64,000 bases of DNA from Myxococcales bacterium (lineage in GTDB: Bacteria; Myxococcota_A; UBA9042; JABWCM01; BTVJ01). The DNA is taken from assembly GCA_045863395.1 (NCBI GenBank), contig BTVJ01000009.1, positions 102,155-166,154 of the forward strand, in the 5' to 3' direction. The position numbers and the translations under genes were made by a program. Numbering within the stretch: the stretch's first letter is position 1; each line of letters starts with the position of its first letter. The notes under the pieces are model-generated. The model saw nothing but the letters and a program-made list of their open reading frames with translations. It had not been told where the DNA came from and did not search any database. Below are positions 39,104-48,898 of this stretch, one piece after another.

Positions 39104-40518
39104 GCCGCCCTCCCCATGGCGCCGCGGAAGCCTCGCCGATCCATGCGGCCCCAGCCCTTGGCGCCGAAGAAGAACTTCACGATACCCTTGAGCCGCCAGA
39201 GCAAGGTGAGCTGGCGATACCCGAAGTTCTCCAGGACACCGAAGAGCGACAGCCAGAGCAAGCTGCTGTTCGAGCGGTAGAGCGCGAAGGAGATCTCCTC
39301 CAGCAGAACGGTCGCGATGGACAGGAACACGCCATAGAGGAGCGCCACGAGGAAGAACATGAAGAGGAACGGCAGGTCTACGATGCCGCCGGCGAAGCTG
39401 ATGATCACCATCGTGTATCCGAACAGCTCGATGAGCGGCCCGAGCATCTCGAACAGGATGTAGAACGGAAACGCCAGCAACCCGACCACGCCGTAGCGGG
39501 GGTTCAGGGTCAGCCCGCGGTGGGTTGCCAGGCTCTCCATGAGGCCGCGCTGCCAGCGGTCCCGCTGGCGGGACAGGGCGCCCAGGGACTCGGGCACCTC
39601 GGTGAAGCAGATGGGGTCGGGCACGAACACGATGCGGTATGGGATCTTGCGCTTCCGGTGGTAGCGGTGGAGCCGGATGACGAGCTCCATGTCTTCACCC
39701 ACCGTGTCCGTGTCGTAGCCTCCGATGGCCACGACCGAGTCTTTTCGGAACAACCCGAAGGCGCCGCTGATGATCAGGTTGCCGCCAAGCAGGTTCCAGC
39801 CGATGCGCCCGAACAGGAAGGCCCGCAGGTACTCGATGGTCTGGAACAGGGGCAGGAGGCGGTTGCCGAGCCCGATCTTGGTCACGACCCCGTCGTCCAC
39901 CTGGCAGCCGTTGGCCGTGCGGACCGTGCCGCCGGCGGCGATTGTACGGCGGGGGTCCTCCATGAAGGGCACGACCACCTTCAGCAGCGCGTCGCGGTTG
40001 ATGATGGTGTCCGCGTCGATGGAGCAGAAGAGCGGGTAGCGCGCCAGGTTGATTCCCGCGTTGAGGGCGTCCGACTTGCCCCCCTGCTCCTTGTCCACGA
40101 CGGTCAGGCGCGGAATGGCCGCGGAGCGATAGATTCCGCGCACGTCCTGGGTCTCGAGCTGCCGCTGGTAGACGGTCTGCACCAGCTCCAACTGGAAGGC
40201 GCGGGTCAGCTCCGCGAGGGTAGAGTCCGTGGACCCGTCGTTGACGACGATGACCTCGAACTCGCTGTACTTGAGGTTCAGGAGCGAGCGGACGCTGTCG
40301 ACGATGTTCGCCTCCTCGTTGTGCGCCGGCGCCACGATGCTGATGGGCAGCGCGAGGGGTGACTGGAGCAGAGAGTCCAGGTCCCAAGCGTCGGAGCGGC
40401 GCTTGTGGCGCACGATGTCGATGAAGGAGAAGACCAGCAGGACCGTGTAGCTCGTGTTCATCGCGATGAAGTACACGAGCACCAACAGGTTGAGCGCGAA
40501 GATGATATCGGAGAACAC
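39100..40518 (-). CDS. Processive family 2 glycosyltransferase (IcaA/PgaC-like)
   Basis: VNDGS, GGKSDALN, SIDAD, GEDME and QRDRW (QxxRW) motifs plus TM helices. Confidence 0.92.
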   Translation of the reverse strand: MFSDIIFALNLLVLVYFIAMNTSYTVLLVFSFIDIVRHKRRSDAWDLDSLLQSPLALPISIVAPAHNEEANIVDSVRSLLNLKYSEFEVIVVNDGSTDSTLAELTRAFQLELVQTVYQRQLETQDVRGIYRSAAIPRLTVVDKEQGGKSDALNAGINLARYPLFCSIDADTIINRDALLKVVVPFMEDPRRTIAAGGTVRTANGCQVDDGVVTKIGLGNRLLPLFQTIEYLRAFLFGRIGWNLLGGNLIISGAFGLFRKDSVVAIGGYDTDTVGEDMELVIRLHRYHRKRKIPYRIVFVPDPICFTEVPESLGALSRQRDRWQRGLMESLATHRGLTLNPRYGVVGLLAFPFYILFEMLGPLIELFGYTMVIISFAGGIVDLPFLFMFFLVALLYGVFLSIATVLLEEISFALYRSNSSLLWLSLFGVLENFGYRQLTLLWRLKGIVKFFFGAKGWGRMDRRGFRGAMGRAA

Positions 40519-40522
40519 GCGG

Positions 40523-41650
40523 CTACCCCCTCTCGTGCGCGATGGTCGTGGTTGCCGACGACGGGGTGGCCCCGTTGCGCATCACGTAGGTCGCGATGTC
40601 ACGAGCAAACGGGTCCGGTGACGTCCGGCTGACCTCGGTGAGGATGGACCTGCCGCGCTCCCCAAGACTCACCAACCCCTGCGCTGCGTTGAGCCGCACC
40701 CACCAGCTCTGGTCGCCCAGGGCCCAGCGGAGCGCCCGGAAGACCTGCTCGTCCGAGCCGAGCCGAGCCACCGCCTTGACGGCCTGGGCCTTGACCTCCC
40801 ACGCCTCGTCGTTGAGCAGGCGCAGGATGTCGGGCACCGTGTCCACCGCTCCCACCTCGGACAGGGTCTTGACGGCGCGGGCGCGCAGCTCCTTGTCTTC
40901 GGAGGCCAGCAGCGGCCGGACCACGTCGGCGCAGCCCATGTCGCGGGCGATGCGCAGGGCGTCGAGGGCCGTGGCGCGGACGGCGGGCCGCGGGTCGTCG
41001 GCGACCAGGCCGCGCACATAGGCGAGGCCCTCGGGGCCGACCTTCCGCGCGACCTCCGCGAAGAGCAGCGCCGCCCAGCGGCTCGGGTGCCGCACCATCT
41101 CGGCGAGCGCCTCCAGGCCCCGCACATCGCCGACGCAGCCGAGCGCCTTGGCCGCCTCGATGCCGACCAGCTCGTGCTTGTCGCGCAGCGTGCGAAGAAA
41201 GACCGGCCGGAATGCTTCGTTCTCCAGGCGCCCCAGCGCGCGGAGCGCGTTGGCCCGTCGCCACCACGCCCAACTATAGGTGCCGCGCACGTCGGCCTTG
41301 TCGAAGCCGAGCTGGATGTAGAGCTCCACCAGCCGCTCCCGGGCCCGCCCCGACGTCACCTCGAAGTGCTTGAGCAGGAGCCCCCGCAGCTCGGACTTGG
41401 GCAGCTTGCGGAGCGCGACGTTCATCCACGCCTCGTCGAGCTGGCCCTCCAGGTACTCCAACAGGCGCGGCTCGATGCGACGCCGCACCCGCGCCCGCCG
41501 GGTGTCCAGGGAGTTGCGCACGACGCGGAACAGCAGCACCGCGTTGAGCGTCGTCAGCACGAGGATCGTCTGGATGAGGACGATCTTCAGCACCAGGTCG
41601 TAGATGGGGTCCCGTGAGAGGACCCGGATTCCTTCGAAGATCCAGTCCAT
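40523..41650 (-). CDS. HEAT-repeat protein with N-terminal TM
   Basis: WWRRANALRALG, D..WEVKAQA.KA and D.SWWVRLNAAQGL repeats. Confidence 0.85.
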   Translation of the reverse strand: MDWIFEGIRVLSRDPIYDLVLKIVLIQTILVLTTLNAVLLFRVVRNSLDTRRARVRRRIEPRLLEYLEGQLDEAWMNVALRKLPKSELRGLLLKHFEVTSGRARERLVELYIQLGFDKADVRGTYSWAWWRRANALRALGRLENEAFRPVFLRTLRDKHELVGIEAAKALGCVGDVRGLEALAEMVRHPSRWAALLFAEVARKVGPEGLAYVRGLVADDPRPAVRATALDALRIARDMGCADVVRPLLASEDKELRARAVKTLSEVGAVDTVPDILRLLNDEAWEVKAQAVKAVARLGSDEQVFRALRWALGDQSWWVRLNAAQGLVSLGERGRSILTEVSRTSPDPFARDIATYVMRNGATPSSATTTIAHERG

Positions 41651-41659
41651 GGTCCCCTC

Positions 41660-43189
41660 CTAGAAGCGCACTGCATAGTGCAGGGTCAGCGAGTGCTGGA
41701 AGATGCCCACCACAGGCTGGTTGTCCCGATCCGGGTCGGTGGTCCAGTAGGCCCAGGTCAGGTCGATGCCGTGCTGCTCGTGGAAGTCCCACCCGATGCC
41801 GGCCAGGAACGACATGGAGTCCTGGATGATGGCGTCGATGTTGCCGGCGACCACCGCGCTCTCCTCGTAGAACACCTCCACGGCGCTCCCGTAGGAGGCC
41901 GCCCCGAACAGGCGCAGCACGTCGATGACCTGCCAGTCGATGCGCAGGCGGCCGAGGTGACCCGGATCGAGCGAGTCCTCGGAGTAGAGGTTGGCGCGAT
42001 AGCCGAGGTCGATGCTCACGGGGCCCGCGTGAAAGAGCAGGCCCGGGCCGACCTGGTGGATCCACAGGTCGCCGGTCTGATCGGCGTTGGCGTTGCGGTA
42101 GTCGCTGATGGCGTAGGTCGCGTAGATCTCGAGCCACTCTGCCACCCGGAAGTAGGGCTGTACGTGGGCGCGGAAGGCCGGCCGGAACGCGGGCTCGATG
42201 GTGAAGCCGAGATCGATGTCGAAGCGGAACCAGTCCGCGGGCTTGAAGGCCCCGAAGATCGAGAGGAAGGGATCCACCTCGGTCGACGGCAGGTCCTCGC
42301 GGATCATGATGTCCGCCGCAACACCCAACATCGCCGCCGGGCTGAAGGCGTAGCTCAGGGCGACGTTGACCCCGTGCCAGTCGGGGCGCTCCAGGTTCAG
42401 GAACAAGGTGTACGCGAGGTCCACGCGCCAGGGGTGCGCCGAGGCCTCGGGTTCGGGACCGCCCTCGATCATGCGCACGGTCTCCAGATCACCCGCATCG
42501 CGCAGGCCCGGAGCGTAGCGGGCCGCCCCCTCGTGGTCGCCCATGGCCATCAGGTTGCGAGCCGCGGCCCGCAGCGCGTGGGGGCTCTGGGGAGCCCGCA
42601 GGAGCGCCAGCTCGTACTGGACCCGCGCCTCGTCGTAGCGTCCCTGCCAGTACAGCATGTCGCCGAGCACGAGGTAGGGCTCCTCGGTGTCTACGCCCGC
42701 GGCCTTGGCCTGCTCGACCAGGGCCGCGGCCTTCTGGTAGTGGCCGCCCCAGGCGTGGACCCGCGCCTCCAGCAGCAGCGCGTCCTTGTTGCCCGGGTCC
42801 TCCTCCCGCAGGCGGTCGAGCCACCGGGCGGCGCGCTCGTGGTCCCCCGCGAAGGCAAGGGCGCGCGCCGCACGGAAGTGCACCGCGGGCGACGGCCCCC
42901 ACACGTCGGCGATCAGCTCATAGAGTTGGGCAGCGTCGCCCCACCTCTGCTGCTGCTCACGCTGCGCGGCCATGCTCTCGATGGCCGCCAGAGAGCGGGC
43001 GTCCCGGCGGGCGAGCAGGTCAAGGATCTGGCGGGACTCCTCCGTCGTGCCGGCCGGCATCGCCGGCTTCGCTGGCGCACCAGCCTCGACGGGACCGGAT
43101 GGACTCCGCGGCGCCTGCGCCAACGCCGCCCCTTGGGTGACGAAGAGCAGGACGGCGGCGGCGAACACGTGGCGGGGTAGCACGTTCAT
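41660..43189 (-). CDS. TPR protein with C-terminal outer-membrane beta-barrel (YaiO-like)
   Basis: Signal peptide, TPR helices, amphipathic strands, terminal YAVRF; ATGA overlap with the upstream gene. Confidence 0.78.
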   Translation of the reverse strand: MNVLPRHVFAAAVLLFVTQGAALAQAPRSPSGPVEAGAPAKPAMPAGTTEESRQILDLLARRDARSLAAIESMAAQREQQQRWGDAAQLYELIADVWGPSPAVHFRAARALAFAGDHERAARWLDRLREEDPGNKDALLLEARVHAWGGHYQKAAALVEQAKAAGVDTEEPYLVLGDMLYWQGRYDEARVQYELALLRAPQSPHALRAAARNLMAMGDHEGAARYAPGLRDAGDLETVRMIEGGPEPEASAHPWRVDLAYTLFLNLERPDWHGVNVALSYAFSPAAMLGVAADIMIREDLPSTEVDPFLSIFGAFKPADWFRFDIDLGFTIEPAFRPAFRAHVQPYFRVAEWLEIYATYAISDYRNANADQTGDLWIHQVGPGLLFHAGPVSIDLGYRANLYSEDSLDPGHLGRLRIDWQVIDVLRLFGAASYGSAVEVFYEESAVVAGNIDAIIQDSMSFLAGIGWDFHEQHGIDLTWAYWTTDPDRDNQPVVGIFQHSLTLHYAVRF

Positions 43190-43581
43190 TCGCAACGCTC
43201 GCACCTCAACAGGTTTCTGACCCGGGCACGCAAGATGTCGATGCTGTAGGGCTTGCCGACGAAGTCCATTGCCCCGGAGTCCAGGGCCCGGATGACGTCT
43301 TCCTCCCTGCTCTGCTGCGAAAGCATCAGCACTCGCAGCTTGGGACCGATGGCCTCCCGGATGTGACGCAGGACCTGGAACCCGTCCGCGAACCGAAGGT
43401 GCACGTCGAGGATCACCAAGTCCGGCAGCACGCCGGTCTCGACCCCCAGGTCGAGGAAGTCCATGGCCTGGCGACCGTCGGTCGCCACGCGCACGTTGTA
43501 GCCGTCCCTCCCGAGGAAGTGCTGCAGCAGGAGCACGCTCTGCCTGTCGTCATCGGCGACGAGTATCTCTTCCCCGGCCAT
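43186..43581 (-). CDS. Single-domain response regulator
   Basis: ILVADDD, LVILD (phospho-acceptor Asp), MLS, FVGKPY. Confidence 0.9.
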   Translation of the reverse strand: MAGEEILVADDDRQSVLLLQHFLGRDGYNVRVATDGRQAMDFLDLGVETGVLPDLVILDVHLRFADGFQVLRHIREAIGPKLRVLMLSQQSREEDVIRALDSGAMDFVGKPYSIDILRARVRNLLRCERCE

Positions 43582-43810
43582 GCATCTCTCTTCTCAGCGT
43601 CCCGCTGCGGGTGCGTGCAGCGCGAACCGCGGGGACCTCGGTAGCCGCCCACCTGCGCACTCTGCCGCACCTCCATGAAGTTCCGCGGGATACTAGCGCA
43701 AAGAGGCCATAGTGCCAACAGCTTTGGCTGCGGTTACAGAGAAGAATCGCCGGAAGTCCAATCCCTGCGGCCGCATGGAGGGGCGCCAGCGCGCGCATCC
43801 GGGAGCGGTA

Positions 43811-45859
43811 TCACTCCTCCAGGGCGGCCAGGCTCCCTCGAACGAGCCGCACTCGCCGGTTCCCGGCCACCGTCGTCCAGGTCTCCGTGGTGCCCGCGGC
43901 GTCGGGCCACCGCACGGTGACGTCCGCCTCGCAGGCATCGCCGAGCCCGAAGTGCAGGACCAGGTCGTTCTGCATGCCGACGTGGCCGTAGCCGCCCCCG
44001 ACCTCCTGGGTCTGGGTGCGGCCGCCGGCGGTCACCTGGACGCGCGCCCCGATGGCGGCGTGGTTTGCCCCAGCGCCGCCCTCGACGCGAACCTGGAGGT
44101 GGTTGCCGGCGTGCCCGAGGACGTTGCGGAAGTAGTGGACCTCCTGGGTCTCGTAGCAGGTCGGGTCGCCGTCGCAGCGGGCCGTCCCGTGGCCGACGAC
44201 CACGTCCAGGTCCCCGTCCCGGTCGAAGTCGGCCACCGCGAGGCCTTGGGAGCGCGCGTGGTCGATGCCAAGGCCTGGGGGGACCTCGACGAAGCGGCCG
44301 TCGTCCCCCTGGTGGAACAGGAAGCCGCGCGTGCCAGGGTAGTCGGAGGAGCCGACATACAGGTCCTTGCGCCCGTCGTTGTCGAAGTCGAAGACGGCCC
44401 CGACCATGTCCCCAGCATTCCACGCGAGGTCGTCCCAGGAGCGCGCGAGCCCCGTCGCGTCGTTGCCCGGGCGCGTGAAGGTCCCCGTGCCGTCATTCTG
44501 GAGCAGCTCCATGGGGTCCGAGCTGTCGCCCACGTCCCAGTGGACGATCTCGAAGTTGACCAGGTCCAGGTCGCCGTCGTCGTCCACGTCCGCGCAGGCC
44601 GTGCTGAAGGTGTTGCCGCCCAGTCGGAACGGGTGGCGGTCGAGGTCGTGGTTCCAGCGGAGCGCGCCGACCGTGGTGCAGGGGAAGTACGCGGGGGGCG
44701 CCGGCACGCCGCCGCAGTCCTCGGCGTCCGGGACGAGCTGGCAGTAGCACTGAGCGTTGAAGTTGGTGTGCCAGTCCACGCGCTGATCCATGCCGTAGCC
44801 GCTCTCGACGGAACGATCCGTGTACGCGGGGACCCCGCCGGCGAATCCCCCCTTCCAGAGCCCATTCCACAGGCGCCCGTAGGAGGCCGTGAGCAGGTCG
44901 GGCCATCCATCGCCGTCCACGTCGCAGACCGTCGTTCCCCAGGTGTTGCGGGTCGCCTTGCCGCTGTCGAGGACCTCCACGCTGCTCCAGCCCGGCGTCA
45001 CGAGGCCCGCCAGCTTCGTGATGTCCTTGAAGGACCCCGCCCCATCGCCCACGTAGAGGCGGTCCAGGTCCGGCTGGGTCACACCATTCCCATAGCCCAC
45101 GAACAGGTCGAGCAGGCCGTCGCGGTCAGCATCCACGAACGAGGCGCCACCCGCCGCGTAGCGCTTGTCCGGGTGCCGCAGGTCGCCTCCGGGGGCGAGG
45201 GTAAAGGTGCCGTCACCGGCGTTGAGCAGGATCTCGTTGCGGTCGCCGTTGTCGGGCGTGGAGGGGTCAGGGTTCACCGAGACGCCCGAAAACGCGTCCA
45301 GATCGCCGTCATTGTCCACGTCGCCGAAGACCACGATCTGGGAGGTGCGGCCCGTGCCGCCTTGGGGCAGGGCGAGGAAGCCGCTCTCCTCCGTGGCATC
45401 GACGAAGCGGCGGCCCCCACTCTCGGCGGGGCGGTTCATCAGGACCCACGCGAGGCGCGGGGCGCCCGGGTCGTGCGTGCTCAGCCCCACGTTGCGGACG
45501 ACGAGGTCCGGGTAGCCGTCGCCGTCCAGATCCGCCGCGCTCAGGCGGATGCCGGTCACGCCCACGAGGCCCACCTCGGCCGTCGCGTCCTCGAAGGCCG
45601 GCTGGCCGCTCCACACGGTCGGTGGGCGGCACGCGGGGGCATCGGGTGCGGCGTCGGGTGCGGCGTCGGGAGCTGGCGCCGACCCGTCCCCGGCCAGGTC
45701 GTCGCCGCGCTCCACGTTTGCGTCCGCGTCGCTCGGCGGTCCGGCGGAAACGTCGCTCATCGCGTCGTCCGAGTCGGCGCCTCCGTCGCCCGCGTGACCG
45801 GGCGCGCTGGACCCGCTGTCACAGGCGACGGCGAGCGCGAGCAGCCAGAACCTCTTCAT
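43811..45859 (-). CDS. CRTAC1-like lipoprotein (FG-GAP/VCBS repeats plus ASPIC/UnbV)
   Basis: Lipobox AVAC; repeated D.D.DG..D motifs; C-terminal AIGARV..LHFGLG..VRWP; GGAGG RBS. Confidence 0.88.
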   Translation of the reverse strand: MKRFWLLALAVACDSGSSAPGHAGDGGADSDDAMSDVSAGPPSDADANVERGDDLAGDGSAPAPDAAPDAAPDAPACRPPTVWSGQPAFEDATAEVGLVGVTGIRLSAADLDGDGYPDLVVRNVGLSTHDPGAPRLAWVLMNRPAESGGRRFVDATEESGFLALPQGGTGRTSQIVVFGDVDNDGDLDAFSGVSVNPDPSTPDNGDRNEILLNAGDGTFTLAPGGDLRHPDKRYAAGGASFVDADRDGLLDLFVGYGNGVTQPDLDRLYVGDGAGSFKDITKLAGLVTPGWSSVEVLDSGKATRNTWGTTVCDVDGDGWPDLLTASYGRLWNGLWKGGFAGGVPAYTDRSVESGYGMDQRVDWHTNFNAQCYCQLVPDAEDCGGVPAPPAYFPCTTVGALRWNHDLDRHPFRLGGNTFSTACADVDDDGDLDLVNFEIVHWDVGDSSDPMELLQNDGTGTFTRPGNDATGLARSWDDLAWNAGDMVGAVFDFDNDGRKDLYVGSSDYPGTRGFLFHQGDDGRFVEVPPGLGIDHARSQGLAVADFDRDGDLDVVVGHGTARCDGDPTCYETQEVHYFRNVLGHAGNHLQVRVEGGAGANHAAIGARVQVTAGGRTQTQEVGGGYGHVGMQNDLVLHFGLGDACEADVTVRWPDAAGTTETWTTVAGNRRVRLVRGSLAALEE

Positions 45860-45882
45860 CGTGCCTCCACTCCAGCGGGGGC

Positions 45883-46782
45883 TCAGCCCGGCGCGATGCC
45901 ATAGATGGGGACCCGGCGCCCGCCGAGCTGCTCCTTGAAGCGGCGGCCGGCAGCATCGTCGGGCGGCAGCATCCCCAGGTCCACGGTGCGGGCACCGGCG
46001 CTCAGCGCGTGGCGGACCGCCTCCCAGGTGACGAGCATGTGCGCCGCACCAAAGTACTGCGGAGGCAGCGCCGCCGTGTCCACGAGCGTGGCCCAGGCAC
46101 CCACGCGCACGACGAGGGCCGCGGCCACGGGGGCGCCGCCGGCGACGGCCACGGCGACGGAGGCGTCCTCCCCGAAGGCGTCGCGCAGGCGGTCCAGGTC
46201 GTGGCGCCCGAAGGGGGGGCCGCCCATGCGGGCGCTGCGCGTGACCTGGAGGCCCAGGTAGCGCATCAGCGTGGCGCCGTCCCGGCCGACGGTCACCTTG
46301 ACCCCGTCCCGCTCCGCCTTGCGGATGGCAGCCCGGGCGTCCTTGCTCACCAGCTCCCACGCGGCGTCGGGGGAGGCAGCCTCCAGGACGTGCGCCTCGT
46401 GCGTGCGGAAGCGCTCGAGACCGTGCGAGGGCAGCACGGACAGGCGCGACGGGTCCACGGGGGCCACGTTGACGCGGAAGGTGCCGCCGGCCAGGGATCG
46501 CAGCGCCTTGAGGAGCTCGTCCAGGTTCAATGTCGGGGCGCCCCGGCGCAGGAGCACGCCCACCATGCGGTCTGGAAGGGCCTCCAGCCGGCCATCCAGG
46601 TCGAGACCGACGACGTAGCCCACGATGGCGGCATCGGGGCGCGCGATGCGAAGGGTGATGGGGGTCGAGCCCCGGTAACGCTCACGGGTCAGGTCGCGCC
46701 AGGCCAGCACGAAGGCAGGCGGCGGTGCGGGCTCCGCCCCGGCGAGCACCTCACCGGGGTCGACGGGCTCGAGGGTCAGCAT
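45883..46782 (-). CDS. GNAT/FemAB-like (Acetyltransf_6-type) protein
   Basis: SKDARAAIRKAERDGV, HMLVTWEAVRHA, VDLG..RRFKEQLGG. Confidence 0.72.
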   Translation of the reverse strand: MLTLEPVDPGEVLAGAEPAPPPAFVLAWRDLTRERYRGSTPITLRIARPDAAIVGYVVGLDLDGRLEALPDRMVGVLLRRGAPTLNLDELLKALRSLAGGTFRVNVAPVDPSRLSVLPSHGLERFRTHEAHVLEAASPDAAWELVSKDARAAIRKAERDGVKVTVGRDGATLMRYLGLQVTRSARMGGPPFGRHDLDRLRDAFGEDASVAVAVAGGAPVAAALVVRVGAWATLVDTAALPPQYFGAAHMLVTWEAVRHALSAGARTVDLGMLPPDDAAGRRFKEQLGGRRVPIYGIAPG

Positions 46783-46802
46783 GGGACCTCGCGAAGAAGG
46801 CT

Positions 46803-48737
46803 CTAGTCGAGCGGTCGCAGGGAACCCGCGCGGGCATCGTCGAGCACCTCCCGGGGCACCCCGGGGCACCGCCCGCGCGCGGAGCACCCCGCGCAGGCCG
46901 CAGCGTAGCCCCGGCTGGTGCCTCCCGTCCAGGATGCGATCTGCTCGACGTAGGGCACCACGAGGAAGGGGGGGCTGGACATGGGCAGCGGGGCCGGAAG
47001 CCCAGGGAGCACGCACGGGGGGACGCCGTGGACCTCCAGGCGGAAGGGGAGCGCGGCGATGTCGTCGAGGAGCGGAAGCAGCGCCTCGCGCAGGTCGGCG
47101 AAGGACGGCGCCACGGAGGTCCATGAGCCGACCCCCACCTCGGAGAGGGGCTCCAGGTACGCGGCGTCGGGCGCCAGGGAACGCACGAGGTCGAGCCACA
47201 CGGGCAACACGGGGAGCAGCGAAGAGGTCAATGGCGCGTGGACGACCAGGCGCACGCCGCGAGCCCGAAACGCCTCGATTCCAGCCAGAGTCCGCCGGAA
47301 GCTGCCGCGGACGCCCGTGACCGCCTGGTGGATCGCCGGGGTCGGGCCGTGGATCGGCACGTCCACGGCGGTCAGCCCCGCGTCGACGAGGCGACCCGCG
47401 GCATCGCCCGGAATGGCTGCGTGCGTCTGGAGCTGGAGCGTCCGGTAGCCCAGATCCCGCCCGTAAGACAGGGCGGACGCGATCCACGGCACCGACGTCG
47501 GCTCGGCACCGCCGATGGAGACGGCGGCGCAGCGAGTACGCAGGGCGCGCATGGACGCGCGGACGCCGTGCAGCGTTGACCAACGGTGCTCACCAGCCGG
47601 AGCGACGCAGAAGGTGCAGGCCAGGTCGCAGGCTGGGGCGAGCAGCGTCAACAGCGCGGCGTCTGGGTAGCGCGGCACCATGTCGATGCGCGCCTCCTCC
47701 GGGGGGCGCCACCCGGCAGGGACGGCCGGGTCCCGAGGCACGATGAGCGGCACGCCGCGCACGCTCGGCACCGCGCCGGGGCGGGGGGCGTCGTGGGGCA
47801 CGGGGCGCAGGCCCTCCCACCCGAGCAGGCGCGCGGTCTCGACGAACACGCCGGGGCAGGAGGCGTAGAGCGCGCACCCGGAGCACGGGGGCGGCTTCAC
47901 CTTGTTGAAGTCGTCGATGTCGACCAGGGCGTCGTCCCAGACCTCGCTCATGACCAGCAGGCGGTTGGCCATGAGGTCGTCGTCCAGGTGGCGGTGCTCG
48001 CCCATGAGGCACAGGGGGAAGTTCTCGATGGCGAAGCGGGGCCCAGGGCCGTCGCCGATGCGCTCGCGGGCGTAGTCCAGGGCGTCCACGACGCTGGCGG
48101 CGGCGTCCGCCAGGGGCGGGACCACGGCCTCCTCGTGGCGCAGCGCGGCCCCTTTGGGCTCGCAGCACGAGAACTTGAGCATCACGTCCGGGTAGGGGAG
48201 CAGCAGGTCGACGAGGTCGCGGAGGGAGCGCCGGTTCTGCTCCACGACCACGCAGTTGACCGTCAGGTCGAGGCCACGCCCGGTCAGGTTCACGAGGCCC
48301 TGGAAGCTCTGCTGGAAGCTCCGGTCCCCGGTGCACTTGTTGTGGACCCGCTCCGTGCCGTGGATGGACAGGTGGACGTAGCGGAGGTTGTGGCGCAGGA
48401 GCTTCTCGACCAGCGTCCCGTAGGACATCATGCGCCCGTTCGTGATGAACCCGAGGAGCATGCCGCGCCGCGCCACGTGGCGGGTCAGCTCCAGCAGGTC
48501 CGGCCGCATGGTCGCCTCCCCGCCCGAGAAGACCACCATGTCGAAGCCGGCGGCGCGGGCCCGGTCCACCTTGGCCAGCAGGCTCGCCGTGTCCGCGTCG
48601 CCCGAGTGGCGGTAGTCGTCCGTGTGGCAGAAGACGCAGTGGTCGTTGCAGGAGTAGCCCACCTTGATCAGCGCGCGGCGCTGGCCGCGGCGGGCGCGGC
48701 GCTCCACGGGCTCGTCGTGGGTGCGGGCTTCGAGCAA
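46803..48737 (-). CDS. Tandem double radical SAM protein
   Basis: CNDHCVFC/SGGEAT plus CSGCALYASCPG; second CDLACTFC/GGAEPT plus CAGCSARGRCPG; GAGGAGG RBS. Confidence 0.88.
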   Translation of the reverse strand: MLEARTHDEPVERRARRGQRRALIKVGYSCNDHCVFCHTDDYRHSGDADTASLLAKVDRARAAGFDMVVFSGGEATMRPDLLELTRHVARRGMLLGFITNGRMMSYGTLVEKLLRHNLRYVHLSIHGTERVHNKCTGDRSFQQSFQGLVNLTGRGLDLTVNCVVVEQNRRSLRDLVDLLLPYPDVMLKFSCCEPKGAALRHEEAVVPPLADAAASVVDALDYARERIGDGPGPRFAIENFPLCLMGEHRHLDDDLMANRLLVMSEVWDDALVDIDDFNKVKPPPCSGCALYASCPGVFVETARLLGWEGLRPVPHDAPRPGAVPSVRGVPLIVPRDPAVPAGWRPPEEARIDMVPRYPDAALLTLLAPACDLACTFCVAPAGEHRWSTLHGVRASMRALRTRCAAVSIGGAEPTSVPWIASALSYGRDLGYRTLQLQTHAAIPGDAAGRLVDAGLTAVDVPIHGPTPAIHQAVTGVRGSFRRTLAGIEAFRARGVRLVVHAPLTSSLLPVLPVWLDLVRSLAPDAAYLEPLSEVGVGSWTSVAPSFADLREALLPLLDDIAALPFRLEVHGVPPCVLPGLPAPLPMSSPPFLVVPYVEQIASWTGGTSRGYAAACAGCSARGRCPGVPREVLDDARAGSLRPLD

Positions 48738-48898
48738 CGGGTGCCTCCTCGCGCAGGGTACGGGCGCCGGGGTCGCGCCTCAAGGCGACCGTGGCCTCTC
48801 GGGGGCGCCTTGGAAAGCAGACCAACATTGTCCGCGTTTTGCAAGGCGGCGTCGCCTCGGGCCTTGCGCTCACGGGTCCGACCCGTACAGTGCAGACC

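Noticed and set aside
43695..43720. Sigma54 promoter (TGGCAC..TTGC) upstream of the glycan operon
   Set aside because: The spacing between the GG and GC elements is wrong.
48738..48898. RiPP precursor peptide or His-Xaa-Ser repeat peptide
   Set aside because: No short ORF with an RBS or HxS repeats was found here or in the other spacers of the cluster.
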